Shown: piece after piece, positions 1 through 13,745 of the stretch
How the letters are laid out: each line of letters begins with the position of its first letter
Position numbering within the stretch: position 1 is the first letter of the stretch
NCBI GenBank assembly: GCA_964016885.1
Contig: OZ024748.1
Location: forward strand, 46,872,001-46,936,000
Length of the DNA stretch: 64,000 bases
From: Eledone cirrhosa
Taxonomy: Eukaryota
Direction of reading: 5' to 3'
Notes under the pieces: model-generated
The model's database searches: none
The model's input: the letters and a program-made list of their open reading frames with translations, nothing else
What the model was told of the DNA's origin: nothing
Position numbers and translations under genes: made by a program

Positions 1-215
1 CATGTATTTACATGTAAATATATATACATATATACATATATACATATATATACATACATAAATACATATATATATACATAAATATACATATATATATACA
101 TAAATATACATATATATATACACATATATATATATACACGCATATATATATATACACACATATATATATATATACACACATATATATATATATACACACA
201 CATATATATATATAT

Positions 216-258
<43 letters not shown>

Positions 259-405
259 TATATATATATATACACATATATATATATACACATATATATA
301 TATATACACATATATATAGATACACACATATATATATACGCATATATATACACATACATATATATATACATATATATATACATATATATACACATATATA
401 TCTAC

Positions 406-436
<31 letters not shown>

Positions 437-520
437 CATATATATATACATATATATACATATATATATATTTATATATATATATATACACATATATATA
501 CAATTATATATAATTATATA
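1..520. repeat. (TA)n/(CA)n compound microsatellite
   Basis: Direct reading of the sequence; this tract explains the spurious YIYI ORF 8..571. Confidence 0.95.
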
Positions 521-1039
521 CATACAGACTCCTAACAAAATAGATGATATAAAACGGCGAACAATTAGCAATTAATGACTCAATTAAAATATTCCAGCTT
601 CATTGTTAGTAATAAATATATAAAATATAGACTGCAGAGGTGGACAGTGATGAAAAGGATATATATATATATAGATACATAGATACATTCACACATATAG
701 ACATATATATATAATTACGTATATATATATGTATAGATATCTATAAGTATATTATATATATATATATATACATATATATAAAACGAAAAATCAGTGATAC
801 ATCTGAAATCAATTTATTGTGTATTACAATTGTTTCGCCGGCCGACAGCTCGAGACGCGATCATTGTGTGGATCTGTCTGATTCTGTGTGAAAAGCGATA
901 CTCCGGCCAAATTCCAACTCACTCAACAAACATCAGTACATAGAATCCAGTCCTCGCCTAGCTGTTCTTTCTACCGAATTATTATTTTTATATGAGCCGC
1001 TAGTGTCCGCGCATTGCCTGGAGGCTCAGCTGAGAATAG

Positions 1040-1121
1040 ACTCCCTGATGACGCAATGAATTCTCGACAGTTGGATTATGTAACTGTCTTTATCCCATTG
1101 CAGAAACTAATTAGTTGGAGT
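1040..1121 (+). ncRNA. Type I hammerhead ribozyme (family A, copy 1)
   Basis: Helix I ACTCC/GGAGT; core CTGATGA; helix II GCAATG/CATTGC enclosing a second hairpin GACAGTT/AACTGTC; GAAA; palindromic helix III A-CTAATTAG-T; triplet GUU. The first helix II pair is C-A. Confidence 0.8.
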
Positions 1122-1588
1122 GAAAATTTAAGTAAGTAAAAAAATTTTTAAAAATTTTTTAAAAAATATTTTCTTATTTTACGTCTTTTATATTATTACT
1201 CTGCACCCTCCTGCATTGAACCACCTAGGTACTATGACATAACCTGTGTATTTGCTGGCATGGACGTGCATCTGTGCGCCTATGTTAGTTGATATATTAA
1301 ATTATCTATATTTATCTCCAAATCACTGATTTGTCGAGCAAACCTGCCAAAACCACTTCAAAATTTTTTTTGGGGTGTTAGTAGGCGTCAGTCATCTTAC
1401 CATCCCATTCCTTCTAACTAGCCTCTATGTCACGTGATTGATTCTTTAGAATCGGACATTTGACTGGAAGCAGTGAGAATTTCAGTACATAGAATCCAGT
1501 CCTCGCCTAGCTGTTCTTTCTACCGAATTATTATTTTTATATGAGCCGCTAGTGTCCGCGCATTGCCTGGAGGCTCAGCTGAGAATAG

Positions 1589-1670
1589 ACTCCCTGATGA
1601 CGCAATGAATTCTCGACAGTTGGATTATGTAACTGTCTTTATCCCATTGCAGAAACTAATTAGTTGGAGT
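1589..1670 (+). ncRNA. Type I hammerhead ribozyme (family A, copy 2)
   Basis: Same motif as 1040-1121, offset by 549 bp. Confidence 0.8.
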
Positions 1671-1856
1671 GAAAATTTAAGTAAGTAAGTAAAAAATTTT
1701 TTTAAAATTTTTTAAAAAATATTTTCTTATTTTACGTCTTTTATATTATTGTCTGCACCCTCCTGCATTGAACCACCTAGGTACTATGACATAACCTGTG
1801 TATTTGCTGGCATGGACGTGCATCTGTGCGCCTATGTTAGTTGATATATTAAATTA

Positions 1857-1896
<40 letters not shown>

Positions 1897-1906
1897 TATC
1901 TATAAG

Positions 1907-2077
<171 letters not shown>

Positions 2078-2096
2078 GTATATTATATATATATAC

Positions 2097-2310
2097 AGAT
2101 GTGAGAAAAACCAATGACCCTCCATCTCAACTCACCTTTTGAAAAGCAGATGAACTGCGAAACCGGTAAAGGAACCAAATAAATATCTATATTTTTTAAA
2201 ACATAAGACTCCAGTTGCATTTTCGATTTCATCTCTTTTTCTTTATACTTTCACTCGTGTAGGACACCTCGGTTATTTTTCATTTTGTAAAAAAATCCTC
2301 ACTTTCTAAT
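2097..2310 (+). mobile_element. Short HHR element, family B
   Basis: About 210-bp island between (TA)n tracts; diverged reverse-complement copy at 4836-5045; AATAAA just after the ribozyme. Confidence 0.7.
2135..2172 (+). ncRNA. Minimal type I hammerhead, U3-A8 core variant (family B)
   Basis: CCTT TTGAAAA GCAG-atgaa-CTGC GAAA CCGG TA AAGG: helices I and II pair perfectly, helix III is the palindrome ACCGGT, triplet GUA. Confidence 0.75.
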
Positions 2311-2355
2311 ATATATATATATATAACATATATATATAGATATCTATAAGTATAT

Positions 2356-2389
<34 letters not shown>

Positions 2390-2541
2390 AGATAGATATC
2401 TATAAGTATATTATACATATATATATATTATATATATATAGATAGATATCTATAAGTATATTATATATATATATATTTTATATATATATATAGATATCTA
2501 TAAGTATATTATATACATACATATATATCGATATCTATAAG

Positions 2542-2583
<42 letters not shown>

Positions 2584-2702
2584 GGATATCTATAAGTATA
2601 TTATATATATATATATATACTTATAGATATACATACATACATATAGATATATATATACATATATATTCATACATATAGACATAATTATATACATAATTAC
2701 AC

Positions 2703-2751
<49 letters not shown>

Positions 2752-2782
2752 ATGTATGTTTATATATATGTGTGTCTGTATG

Positions 2783-2813
<31 letters not shown>

Positions 2814-3683
2814 CGAGAGAGAGAGAGACAGAGACATTGGGTGGGTTAAATGTGTTTGTGTGTGTAGAGAGAGAGAGAAGTGCGAACGTATGTGTGTAGA
2901 TACCTATATGGATATATCTGTCTACCTTTGTGTGTGGGTGTGGGTGTGGATGTGTGTGTGTGTGTGGGTGTGGGTGGGGTGGGGTGGGGGTCGTGTGTCT
3001 GTGTGTGTGTGTGTGTGTGTACATATATTAATATTAGGATGATAATGGTGATGACTATTAGTGTGGTAGTCTTCATCGCCATGCTGATAATAACGACGAT
3101 GTTTGTGATAGTACTACTTTTTATAGTTGTCACGATTATTATGTCGATGGTGTTGATGGTGGTGGTGCGGTTTTCTTATGAATGTGATGGTGACAATATT
3201 GATCATGATGGCGACGGTGGATAGCAATAACAATAGTATACAACAACAACAACAACGAGAATGACCAGAATAACAATAATAATTATTATTATAAAAACAG
3301 CTGCATCAACAATAAAAACAACAACAACAGAAGCAATAGAACTAATAGACTTTTAATAAATACTTAAACACATAAGCAGAAAAGAAACCGAAACTAACAA
3401 CAACAACAAAAAAAGACCAGAGAATTGTTTTGTCTGATTTTAGATTATATATGATTGTTTTGTTGTTGTGTTGTTTGATTTAATGTCAATTGATTTTGCT
3501 CGATGGAACTTTACCAAAATATATAATTTCGGGTGTTTCAGGTTTTATGCAGACAATATTAATAGAGTAAAGAATTAAATGATTCGAATTTAGATATAAA
3601 ATATACATCATAAATTCTACGAGACATTTCTGCTACATTTCTATGTCTTGTGACCATCACATACGATTGGGTTGTCTAAGATA

Positions 3684-4320
3684 TCGCATTGTAAGTCTGT
3701 TTCTCGAGCCCGGAGTCTCCTCAGGCCGTAGTGTACCCCCGGTTTCCCTAGCGTGAAGCGAATGAGGTTACAAGACTCCCTACACCCCCTGGACATGATA
3801 CCAGCCTATCGCAAGGTTAACGACTGTCTGAGGTCTAGATGCTCATCGGACTGTATCATATCCCAGTTTCCATAGCATGAAACGACTGAGTATAAGACTC
3901 CCCCTTGGATAGGACACCAATCCATCGCAGGTTCAAAATTTGTTTCTTTCCCTGGTGAGAAATGATTGAGAATAAAAGACTTCCCCCAGTTAATGGTCAA
4001 GTCAACAGTCCATCGCAAGGTTAAAGTATTTCTCAAGCCCGGAGGTATGTCAGGTCGGTTCTTATCCCGGTTTCTCTGGCGTTAAGGGGCTGGGAGTACA
4101 GGACTCACTCAATGGACAGGACACCAACCCATCGCAGGTTTAAAGTCAGTCTCAAGCCAGAAGCTCACCGGGCCGGTGCTTATAACGATATTCGTGACGT
4201 GAAGTGAATGCGAGCACAAGACTCTTTCTTCTGGACTAGACCCCAGTCCATCGCAGAGTTAAAGCCTGTCTCAAGTCTAGAGACTCGTCAGCCCGATGCT
4301 TACCCCAGTTTCCGTCGTCG
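3684..4320 (-). repeat. Degenerate tandem array (about 90-125-bp units) probably derived from a SINE body or tail
   Basis: The motif CATCGCA(A)GGTTAA recurs near 3684, 3807, 3923, 4011, 4130 and 4249, with shared TCTCAAG..GG, CCGGTTTC, GACTC and TGGAC..GACACCA blocks. The minus strand resembles the CCTGCGATGGACTGG..CCATCCAGGGG SINE domain (recalled, not searched). Confidence 0.6.
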
Positions 4321-4595
4321 AAATTGAGGATGGTCCTTTCCATTTTTTTAATGAACTAGATGACCAACTGCCCTTAGGTTAAAAATTATTATACAGGTGA
4401 ACCTAAGAACAATGTAATTAGATGAGTTCGTTATATTTGTGGAATCTTGGATGGACTCTAATTTCCCAGGTAATAGATTTCAATGGTATCTTTTACATAG
4501 ATTAATTATACCTTGAGGTCTTTCCACCCTTCGCTCTATTTATCTTCCTTCATATGTTTGTCTATGTCTGTCTGACTATATGTATATATATATAT

Positions 4596-4810
4596 GAAGG
4601 CGTGTGGCTGAGTGGTTAGAGAATTGGATTCACAATCTTGAGGTTGTGAGTTCGATTCCTGGACCGGGCGATAGGCTATGTCCTTGAGCAAGACACTTTA
4701 TTTCACGTTGCTCCTTCTACCTGGATTTGCGACCGATAGATAGCATTAGCAACTGGAAAGACCGACGAAAACATTGTTTCCTCAGTCCGATTTGATGAAA
4801 GTCGATCGAC
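4596..4810 (+). mobile_element. tRNA-derived SINE with CORE-like domain (SINE family 2)
   Basis: A-box TGGCTGAGTGG, B-box GAGTTCGATTCC, CORE-like GTCCTTGAGCAAGACACTT; further copies at 29886 and 61086. Confidence 0.85.
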
Positions 4811-4968
4811 TATATATATATATATATATATATATTAGAAGGTGAGGTTTTTTTTACAAAATGAAAAATAATAGAGGTGTCCTACACAAGTGAAAGTATA
4901 AGGAAAAAAGATGAAATCGAAAATGCAATGGAGTCTTATTTAAAAAAAATATATATATTTATTTGGTT

Positions 4969-5006
4969 CCTTTACCGGTTTCGCAGTTCTTCTGCTTTTC
5001 AAAAGT
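4969..5006 (-). ncRNA. Minimal type I hammerhead, U3-A8 variant (family B, copy 2, within element 4836-5045)
   Basis: Minus strand reads (a)CTT TTGAAAA GCAG-aagaa-CTGC GAAA CCGG TA AAG(g). Core and stems are conserved relative to 2135-2172 while the loop differs. Confidence 0.72.
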
Positions 5007-5045
5007 AGAGTTGAGATCGACGGTCTGTGGTTTTTCTCAAATCTC

Positions 5046-5420
<375 letters not shown>

Positions 5421-5573
5421 CCTGACCACGATGTAAAGGGAGAGAATCTGCGGTGTTTAGACCAGAGGAGATTACTAATCATGGGAGTACTCAATGTATA
5501 GGTAGATGCTGAGTGGTTATAGAGATAGTTAACATACCGACCGCCTTACACTGCGGTCAGGAATTTCTCTGTG

Positions 5574-5617
<44 letters not shown>

Positions 5618-5751
5618 TAATATATATATATATATATACACACATCAACAACATTGTAATAAATATTGCCTGTACAGGTAATGAAAGTGTGTATATAAGT
5701 TTTGGGGATAACCTGTATGCATGTATGTATATATATATGTGTGTGTGTGTG

Positions 5752-5792
<41 letters not shown>

Positions 5793-5868
5793 GGCCTCAG
5801 GGGAACAGACATTTGAAAATAGAAATATATTATATATATATATAAAATACATTAATTTCTCTATTTTC

Positions 5869-5928
<60 letters not shown>

Positions 5929-6001
5929 ATAGAGAAATGAATGTAAGGAAGAAGCCAACAGTAATTCAGACATATAATTTATTTTAACACACACACACAC
6001 A

Positions 6002-6048
<47 letters not shown>

Positions 6049-6466
6049 TAAAATAAATACTTAGTCATTTGCATATATTTTCTAGTGGGTCTCTATTTAT
6101 TCAACAAACACTCAAGTATATAGCATCTTAGTCAGCAGACAACGTGAAAACACATTTTGAATAAATTACAGGTCTTATACATGCAACAATATTGAAACTC
6201 AGAATCACACTAGAAATATTAAGAATTCACATTCAGATACATTACAAGACACTGATTTCTGAGATTAACAATAGAAATATATTTAAATTTAAAATACATG
6301 AAGGAATTTCTATATTGATTACGGAAATTAATCTCTCGTAAATATATGAAAAAAAATTACTTCTTTGTGGAATGTGCTGGCAAAATGCCAAATAAAGATG
6401 TATAAACTTAAGATTTAAATCGATAAAATATAAATAAGGGTCACCTAAATGAACTTGAAAGAAGTA

Positions 6467-6554
<88 letters not shown>

Positions 6555-6558
<4 letters not shown>

Positions 6559-6790
6559 AATGATATTAATAAATGATATTTATAAAACCATATTTATTCT
6601 ATTATATATATTTCAAGGGTACCAAAACTTTGGTGCGCTCTCATCATATGGATATGTCAATATTTATAAAACAAACTTTGTATTTTATCTGATGAGAGCG
6701 TACCAAAGTTTTGGTTCCCCTGAAATATAGATAATAGAATAAATCTGGTTTGATAAATATAGTCTCCATTTATTAATATCATTGATATTA
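6555..6790. mobile_element. Head-to-head inverted pair, HHR family C
   Basis: Arms at about 6555-6646 and 6690-6790 are reverse complements; the minus-strand copy has ATGATGA (C3A). Confidence 0.7.
6681..6741 (+). ncRNA. Type I hammerhead (family C), partly degenerate helix II
   Basis: Helix I TATTTTAT/ATAGAATA; CTGATGA; helix II with ACCAAA/TTTGGT hairpin; GAAA TATAGA TA (TATATA in the inverted copy); AATAAA overlaps the 3' end. Confidence 0.65.
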
Positions 6791-6874
6791 TACTCCAGAA
6801 AACTTGTTGAGTGCTTCGAATCAGTTATAAATATATATATTTGTTGAATTACCAACAAATTAAATATCACTTTG

Positions 6875-6938
<64 letters not shown>

Positions 6939-6956
6939 TATGTATGTATGTATATA

Positions 6957-7062
<106 letters not shown>

Positions 7063-7112
7063 ATATATATATATATATATGTGTGAGCGCGCGTAATATA
7101 TATATATATATT

Positions 7113-7316
7113 TAACAAAGAAAGTGTGGTAAGACACCAGGTGGACCATAACGCACCAGAGTACTCGATACTTAGGGTAGTAGAGTGGGTAATAGGAAAA
7201 GAGTCAGGACACCGACGCTTGAGTTCCGGCCATTTCGACAGCTAGATCCAAACTCTTCGGAACTAGCTGTCGAAATGCCCGGAGCTCAGCCGTCCGGGTC
7301 CTGACTCGTTTCCTAT
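7113..7316 (-). mobile_element. Fold-back element carrying the 3' half of a hammerhead (family N)
   Basis: Inverted arms at 7192-7245 and 7263-7316; homolog at 58634-58852. GAAA-TGGC..GCCG-TC is present but CTGANGA is absent. Confidence 0.6.
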
Positions 7317-7795
7317 ATATATATATATACGGAAATTTCTTCGGAAACTATGTTTATTCCCTTTCAGAAACTAATTAGTTGGAGTGAAATTTTAGTAAGT
7401 AAGTTAATTTTTATAATTTTCTTATTTTACGTCTCTCATAGTATTGTTCGGCATCCCCATGCATTGAGCCACAAAGTTACTAAGACAAAACCTATATATT
7501 TGCTAGCATAGGTATGTATCTGTGTATATATATGTTAGTAGATATACTAATTCTTTATATATATATATATATTATATATAGTATTTACGTATCGAGAAAG
7601 AGGAAAAAAAGGGGGGATAGGTGATACATATAGTTATTTTCCAAGTAGCGTATGCCAAAGGTGCTCGATACTAGTGCCGGCAGTATTAAATATTCGAAGT
7701 GTTAATATTTAGTGGGCTAGAGAGTTAGCAGAGCGTAAGCACGTGGGAGATAAAAAATTGGAGAATAGACCGTTAAAACATGTTTATTTAAAACA

Positions 7796-7835
7796 GCACC
7801 TACGTACGTTTCGCCCAGTTGGGCTTCTCAAGGGC
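7796..7835 (-). ncRNA. Minimal type I hammerhead, U3-A8 variant (family D)
   Basis: Reverse complement of 8040-8079, inside the 90-bp inverted repeat 7759-7848 / 8027-8116. Confidence 0.75.
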
Positions 7836-8039
7836 ATAAATAATCACAGCCTAAGACAAACGGATGCGGCAAAAAAAAAAAAATTGTACTGGAAAGACTG
7901 CCCTAACACCGGCCAGAGTTACCTCCCTTGACCTGCTGCAAAATCAAAACAAGATATTTTTGCGAGCAATGAACCTTGATGTGGATTTAACCCCAAAAAC
8001 TCTTTCCGAGCAATATAAGGAACACTTGTGATTATTTAT

Positions 8040-8079
8040 GCCCTTGAGAAGCCCAACTGGGCGAAACGTACGTAGGTGC
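8040..8079 (+). ncRNA. Minimal type I hammerhead, U3-A8 variant (family D)
   Basis: GCCC TTGAGAA GCCC-aact-GGGC GAAA CGTACG TA GG(T)GC; palindrome ACGTACGT; triplet GUA; AATAAA downstream. Confidence 0.75.
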
Positions 8080-8263
8080 TGTTTTAAATAAACATGTTTT
8101 AACGGTCTATTCTCCATATATGTATACATTTTGGGGAAGACACCCTGTAAATAATATATATATATGCACTGAAGGTATGATAATTTCCAGAGGTTGATAT
8201 TAAACACATAAATATAGGGTGTCACAAAAATGTATATACACTTTAACAAAATGTATATATATA

Positions 8264-8365
8264 TACAGAGTATCCCCTAAAAATGTAACCGCACTTCAAC
8301 AGCATTCTAACAAATATTTCCCGTACAAGTAATGAAGATGTGTATATATGTTTTTGGACCCTGTA
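8264..8365. mobile_element. Tc1/mariner-type MITE remnant
   Basis: TA-CAG(A)GT(A)TCCCCTAAAAATGTA ... TATGTTTTTGGACCCTG-TA imperfect terminal inverted repeats; extra TIR pieces at about 8123-8147 and 8213-8245. Confidence 0.5.
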
Positions 8366-9156
8366 TATGTGTGTATATTTATATATATATATATATATAT
8401 ACATACACACATACTTACACACACGATTACGAATCTGAAGGAATGATTATATTTATTTTTATTCGTTTATAAGCATGTACGATTTAATATTTCAAAATAA
8501 CCAAAATATCTTGTGGAGAATTTATGCCAAGAACTGCATGAATTGTCTTTAATAATGCAGCAGAACTAAGATAGAATTGGCAGAGTGTATCATTAAATAA
8601 TTAGAATTTACTTTAAGCAACGGCCAAAACTTTGCAATGCAATTAGTAGAAAAGAAAATAGAAACAGCGAGTTAACTACAAGCTGAATAATTATATTCGT
8701 ACGCCTTTTTCGTTAGTAAATATATTTTCTATGTTTGTACAACCCACAAATATTTCCCACCTATTGCTTTTGTCAAGATAATTATAATGCTGCTAAAGTA
8801 AACGTATATGTGGTGAACGAAAAAAACAAAAAAAGACTAATAAGGAATTAAAATACGATATGATAAAAATTAAAGTTATTAGATTCATGCGCAGAAATAA
8901 AAATAATTATTAATGACGTTTTGGACAAAGTCTTTCTTCAAATAATATCGAAAGAATTAGACAAAGAACGAATGGGTATGAAGCAATGAAAAATGTATCT
9001 GAAAAAGGATGAGGCGTATCGCGTATGTTCCGAGTGATTCTTTACACGCCAGCGAACTAACCCGAAGTTGGGAGCGACGGTCAAATATAAACTTCTGTCA
9101 CAGAAGAGCAGAATGGGAAAAATTAGCTCTGTATACGTATTGGGCGGGGTGGGGGG

Positions 9157-9300
9157 AGGCGTATAGGCAGATCCGTTAGAACGTCAGATAGAATACTTTG
9201 TCGTATTCGTTCCAGATCTTTGTTCAAATACCACCGAGGCCAACTTTGCCTTTCTTCATTTCGAGGCCGACAAAATGTACCAGTCTTGTACTGAGGTTGA
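9157..9300 (+). mobile_element. Old degraded tRNA-SINE (related to family 1)
   Basis: GTTCAAATACCACCGAGGCCAACTTTGCCTTTC..GTACCAG resembles the family 1 SINE; a similar old copy lies at about 15365-15510. Confidence 0.55.
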
Positions 9301-9639
9301 TTCTTCCTCTATATCTCTTTCTCACTCCTACTCTCTCTAGCGCTCGCTATCTATTCTTCCCTGTAAGAAAGCTGATCTATTAAGGCCTAGAGAGCTGGAG
9401 AGGGATGGGCTCTGCCAGGTTTTAAATGACCGTAAAACAACGTATGTTAATACGAGGCCCTTACGACTTCATCAGGAGTTACGTGACTATACCATACCAT
9501 ATATATTGGCATGTATGTGTGTATGTGTGTTTACTTTTGTTATATGGTGCTGGTACATGATAGCGTTGTGATGTACTGCAGTGTCTCATACTGCGCTTTG
9601 GGATACAGTGCTAAAGGGTGATCCGGGGTTTACGATGGT

Positions 9640-10850
9640 TTTGTGTTATACGGTGCTCTGTGGTGTAAATTGGTCTGTGATATATTACGGTCTGTGGTTT
9701 ACTATGGTGCTCTGCGTTATACGGTAGTCTGTAGTATATTATGGTTATTTTTATACGGTGGTCTGTATTATATTGTGGTCTGTTTTATACAGTGGCCTGT
9801 GGTATATTGTGGTCTGTTTTATACAGTGGTCTGTGCTATACTGTGGTCTGTGGTATACTGTGGTGGTCTGTGGTATACTGTTGTGGTCTGTGGTATACTG
9901 TGGGCTGTGGCATACTGTGGTCTGTGGTATACTGTGGGCTGTGGCATACTGTGGTCTGTGGTATACTGTAGTCTGTGGTATACTGTGGTCTGTGGTATAC
10001 TGTGGTCTGTGGTATACTGTGGTATGTGGTATACTGTGGTCTGTGATATACTGTGGTCTGTGGTATACTGTAGTGTGTGATATAATGTGGTCTGTGATAT
10101 ACTGTGGTCTGTGGTATACTGTGGTCTTGTATACGGTGACCTTTGGTATACGGTAGTCTGTGGTATACGGTGGTCTGTGGTATACTGTGGTCTGTGGTAT
10201 ACTGTGGTCTGTGGTATACTGTGGTCTGTGGTATACGGTGGTCTGTGGTATACGGTAGGCTATGGTATACTGTGGTCTGTGGTATACTGTGGTCTGTGGT
10301 ATACTGTTGTATGTGGTATACGGTGGTCTGTGGTATACGGTGGTCTGTGGTATACTGTGGTCTGTGGTATACTGTTGTCTGTGGTATACGGTGGTCTGTG
10401 GTATACGGTAGTATGTGGTATACGGTAGTCTGTGGTATACTGTTGTATGTGGTATACGGTGGTCTGTGGTATACGGTAGTCTGTGGTATACGGTGGTCTG
10501 TGGTATACGGTAGTCTGTGGCATACGGTGGTCTGTGGTATACGGTGGTCTGTGGTATACTGTGGTCTGTGGTATACTGTTGTCTGTGGTATACGGTGGTC
10601 TGTGGTATACGGTAGTCTGTGGTATACTGTGGTCTGTGGTATACGGTGGTCTGTGGTATACTGTGGACTGTGGTATACTGTGGTCTATGGTATACGGTGG
10701 TCTGTGGTATACGGTGGTCTGTGGTATACGGTGGTCTGTGGTATACTGTGGTCTGTGGTATACGGTGGTCTGTGGTATACTGTGGTCTGTGGTATACTGT
10801 GGTCTGTTTTATACATTCGTCTGAGGTGGTATGGTGTACGGTGATAGTGT
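9640..10850. repeat. 17-bp minisatellite (CTGTGGTCTGTGGTATA)n with degenerate edges
   Basis: Direct reading; source of the YTVVCGILWSVV ORFs. Confidence 0.92.
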
Positions 10851-11039
10851 AGATTATGGTGGTATGGTATTCGGAGCCGAACTATTACGCATATGAATAA
10901 TATGAAGGAGTCAATATGTTATTTTTTTTAAATGTAAAATAATGGTTTATTGTTTAATTCCTCAGATCAAATAATTGTAATAATCAAAGACAATTGGTCT
11001 TTGATGTGGAATTATTACTTCCTGTGCCCACTTCTCTGT

Positions 11040-11938
11040 TAGTCTGTCTCTCTCTTCCCCCCTCACAGTACCACATATGTCAGTCTGTCTCGCCCTTTCC
11101 CTCTCACTGCACCACATCTGTCTCTCTGTCTTTCTCTCCCCCTCACTGTACCACATCACTTTCTGTCTGTCTTTCTCTCCACTTCTCTCTCTCCCCTTCA
11201 CTGTACCACATCTTTCTGTCTGTCTGTCTTTCTCCCCCCTTCGCTCTCTCTCTCCCTCACTGTACCACATCACTTTCTGTCTTTCTTTCTCTCCACTTCT
11301 CTCTCTCTCCCTCCCTCACTGCACCACATCAGTTTCTGTCTTCCTTTCTCTCCACTTCTCTCTCTCCCCCCTCACTGTACCACATCTTTCTGTCTGTCTT
11401 TCTCTCCCCCTTATCTCCCTCTTCCCCTCACATTAACAAATCTCTCTCTCCCTCTCACTCTACCACAATCTCTGTCTCTCTCGCCCCCTCATATTACTAC
11501 AAATGTCTCAGTATGTCTCTCTTTACCACGCCTGTCTCTCAGCTCCTCCCTCTCTATCATCTCCCTTTCTGCCCGTCTCACTCTTTCTCACCCTCACTCT
11601 CTCAGCTTCTCCCTCTCTATCATCACCCTTTCTGCCCGTCTCTCTCTTTCTCACCCTCACTCTCTCAGCTTCTCCCTCTCTATCATCTCCCTTTCTGCCC
11701 GTCCCTCTCCCTCTTCGTGTCTCAATACAACATTTGTCTCTCTCTCCCACCCTTCTCTTTATCTCACCCACCTCTCATTTTACCTCTCCCCCAGTACCAT
11801 ATCTCTGCCAATCTGTCTTCCTCCCCTTCTCATCTCAGTGCCCCTTCCCTCTCTCTCCTTTTGTCTCTCCTCCTCTCCCACTGCACCATCTGTTGTTTTT
11901 TTGTCTTGAAGTTCCAAATTTCTTTCCCCGAGTTTTTT

Positions 11939-12016
<78 letters not shown>

Positions 12017-12300
12017 CCTCTACCGATATCTCTATATACATATCTATCTATCTCCCTCTCGCTATCTATCTATTTATGTATGTATCTCTCACCCGCCCCC
12101 CTCCTATCTCTGTCCTTATTCATATAACTATCTATCTCTTCATCTCTCCCACTCTATACACTTCTTTGCATATCAATCTATCATACTTTCCCATTCTCTA
12201 TCTAACTATGTATTTATCTGCCTCTCTTTTCTCCCCCCCCCCCCACATCTATCTATCTCCTCATTTATGTATGTATATATATCTATCTATCTATCTAACT
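11040..12300. repeat. CT-rich low-complexity tract with about 50-60-bp subrepeats
   Basis: Recurring CCCTCACTGTACCACATC and CTCTCAGCTTCTCCCTCTCTATCATC units; pure (CT)n at 11948-12012. Confidence 0.85.
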
Positions 12301-12960
12301 AACAATCTCCTTCTCTGTCTGACATTCAAAAGTTGTTGCCATTCAGCGGTATCTCAGATGTCATAGGGGTCAAAAACTTCCATCCACTGATGTTTTTCAA
12401 CTGATACATTCTACAGACAGACACAATAAAAACAACAGACACAACACACAAACAGACACGTCATTCGTTTTATAACATGGCTGTGAAACAATGAAACCAC
12501 TGATATCAAATTTATTTCTGTCCTGCATTGTTTAAGCTAGCATTAATATGACGATAGCTTGACTTTAGAACACAAATCTTCAACATTCACGTCGGAATTA
12601 GTTTTCTTCTTTAGAATTAAAAACTTGAATGTTTCTCATTAAAGAACAATGTCCATCATCGTTTGAGGTATGTTTGTGTTTGTATATGTTTGTTTGTCAT
12701 TGTGTTTGTTATGTTTGTTCCTTTTATTTTGTCACTGATATTTTTAGAGTTGAACGTTATCATATATATATATATATTGTTTGAGCTGTTTGGCTTGTCT
12801 CCTCTTTTTGGCTTAGGTGCTTGATGGCTTCTTGGCCTTTTTAACCTATGTTTATTACACTGGTCCTTATTTGGTCCATGGAGCGTTTGCCACCATAACT
12901 CGGTTATTGCGTTTCGCTTTGTTTTCGAACACAGCCTAAATCCGAATCTCGCTGAAATTA

Positions 12961-13006
<46 letters not shown>

Positions 13007-13324
13007 TTCGTTTCTGGCGGAGATCATTTAAGAAAAATCTTTGTCCAATTGAGTTTGTCTCCTAATGATTTCGAAACTCGTTGATTTATCCAAGATCGGA
13101 TATATCCAAAAAGCCAATTAAATCTCCGGCGGTAGAGATGTATTTTGATGATTTTGGTATGTTTATGTACATTTTTTTCTTCTAACTTTGATTTTGTACC
13201 TAATTATGTATGGTTAACTATATATCTAGTCATTTTCTACAGGCTATCAGAAATTACTAGGTAAATTTTCTGTGGTTCTGAATCGCGGATAAAAAGCTAT
13301 CATTTATTTATCTATTATTTCTTC

Positions 13325-13432
13325 ATCCCGCCGAGGTTGACTTTGCCTTTCATCCTTACGGGGTCGATAAAATAAAGTACCAGTAATGCACTGGATAATT
13401 GCTGGCTTTGTGCCTAAAGTAGAAACAATTAT
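13325..13432 (+). mobile_element. 5'-truncated tRNA-SINE family 1 with 13-bp TSD
   Basis: Deu/Nin-like domain GCCTTTCATCCTTACGGGGTCGATAAAATAAAGTACCAG; TSD ATTATTTCTTCAT at 13314-13326 and 13428-13440. Confidence 0.85.
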
Positions 13433-13628
13433 TTCTTCATAGGTATATTTTAAACTTATAGCCTCGTTTAAGTGATTTTTTGTATGGTTGATTATGCTGA
13501 TTGGAGAAGAAATACTGTATATATTTTATCTAATGATTCTATGGACTTACTTTCTTATATATTGCTCTGATTGTTGATTATTTAATTAATTAATTCGTCA
13601 TTGAACCATACTATGAATGGTTGCCAAA

Positions 13629-13663
<35 letters not shown>

Positions 13664-13696
13664 TTCTGTTTAGTTTATGTGTATGTAAACTTCTAA

Positions 13697-13741
<45 letters not shown>

Positions 13742-13745
13742 ATAA

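Larger units (their letters stand above)
933..1863 (+). mobile_element. HHR-bearing non-coding element, family A (549-bp period, about 380-bp direct terminal redundancy; retrozyme or Penelope pLTR-like)
   Basis: 933-1311 and 1482-1863 are near-identical direct repeats, each containing a hammerhead. The element ends in (TA)n. A diverged 3' part recurs at about 7366-7550. Confidence 0.75.

Noticed and set aside
4596-4675. tRNA gene (also at the heads of other SINE copies)
   Set aside because: A and B boxes are present but run into SINE body sequence, and I could not form a complete cloverleaf.
9415-9485. Minus-strand CTGATGA followed by a hairpin
   Set aside because: No GAAA-helix III-UH follows.
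13055-13090. CTAATGA-TTTC-GAAACTCGTT minimal hammerhead-like string
   Set aside because: G5 is missing, there is no helix II, helix III is not palindromic, and helix I is negligible.
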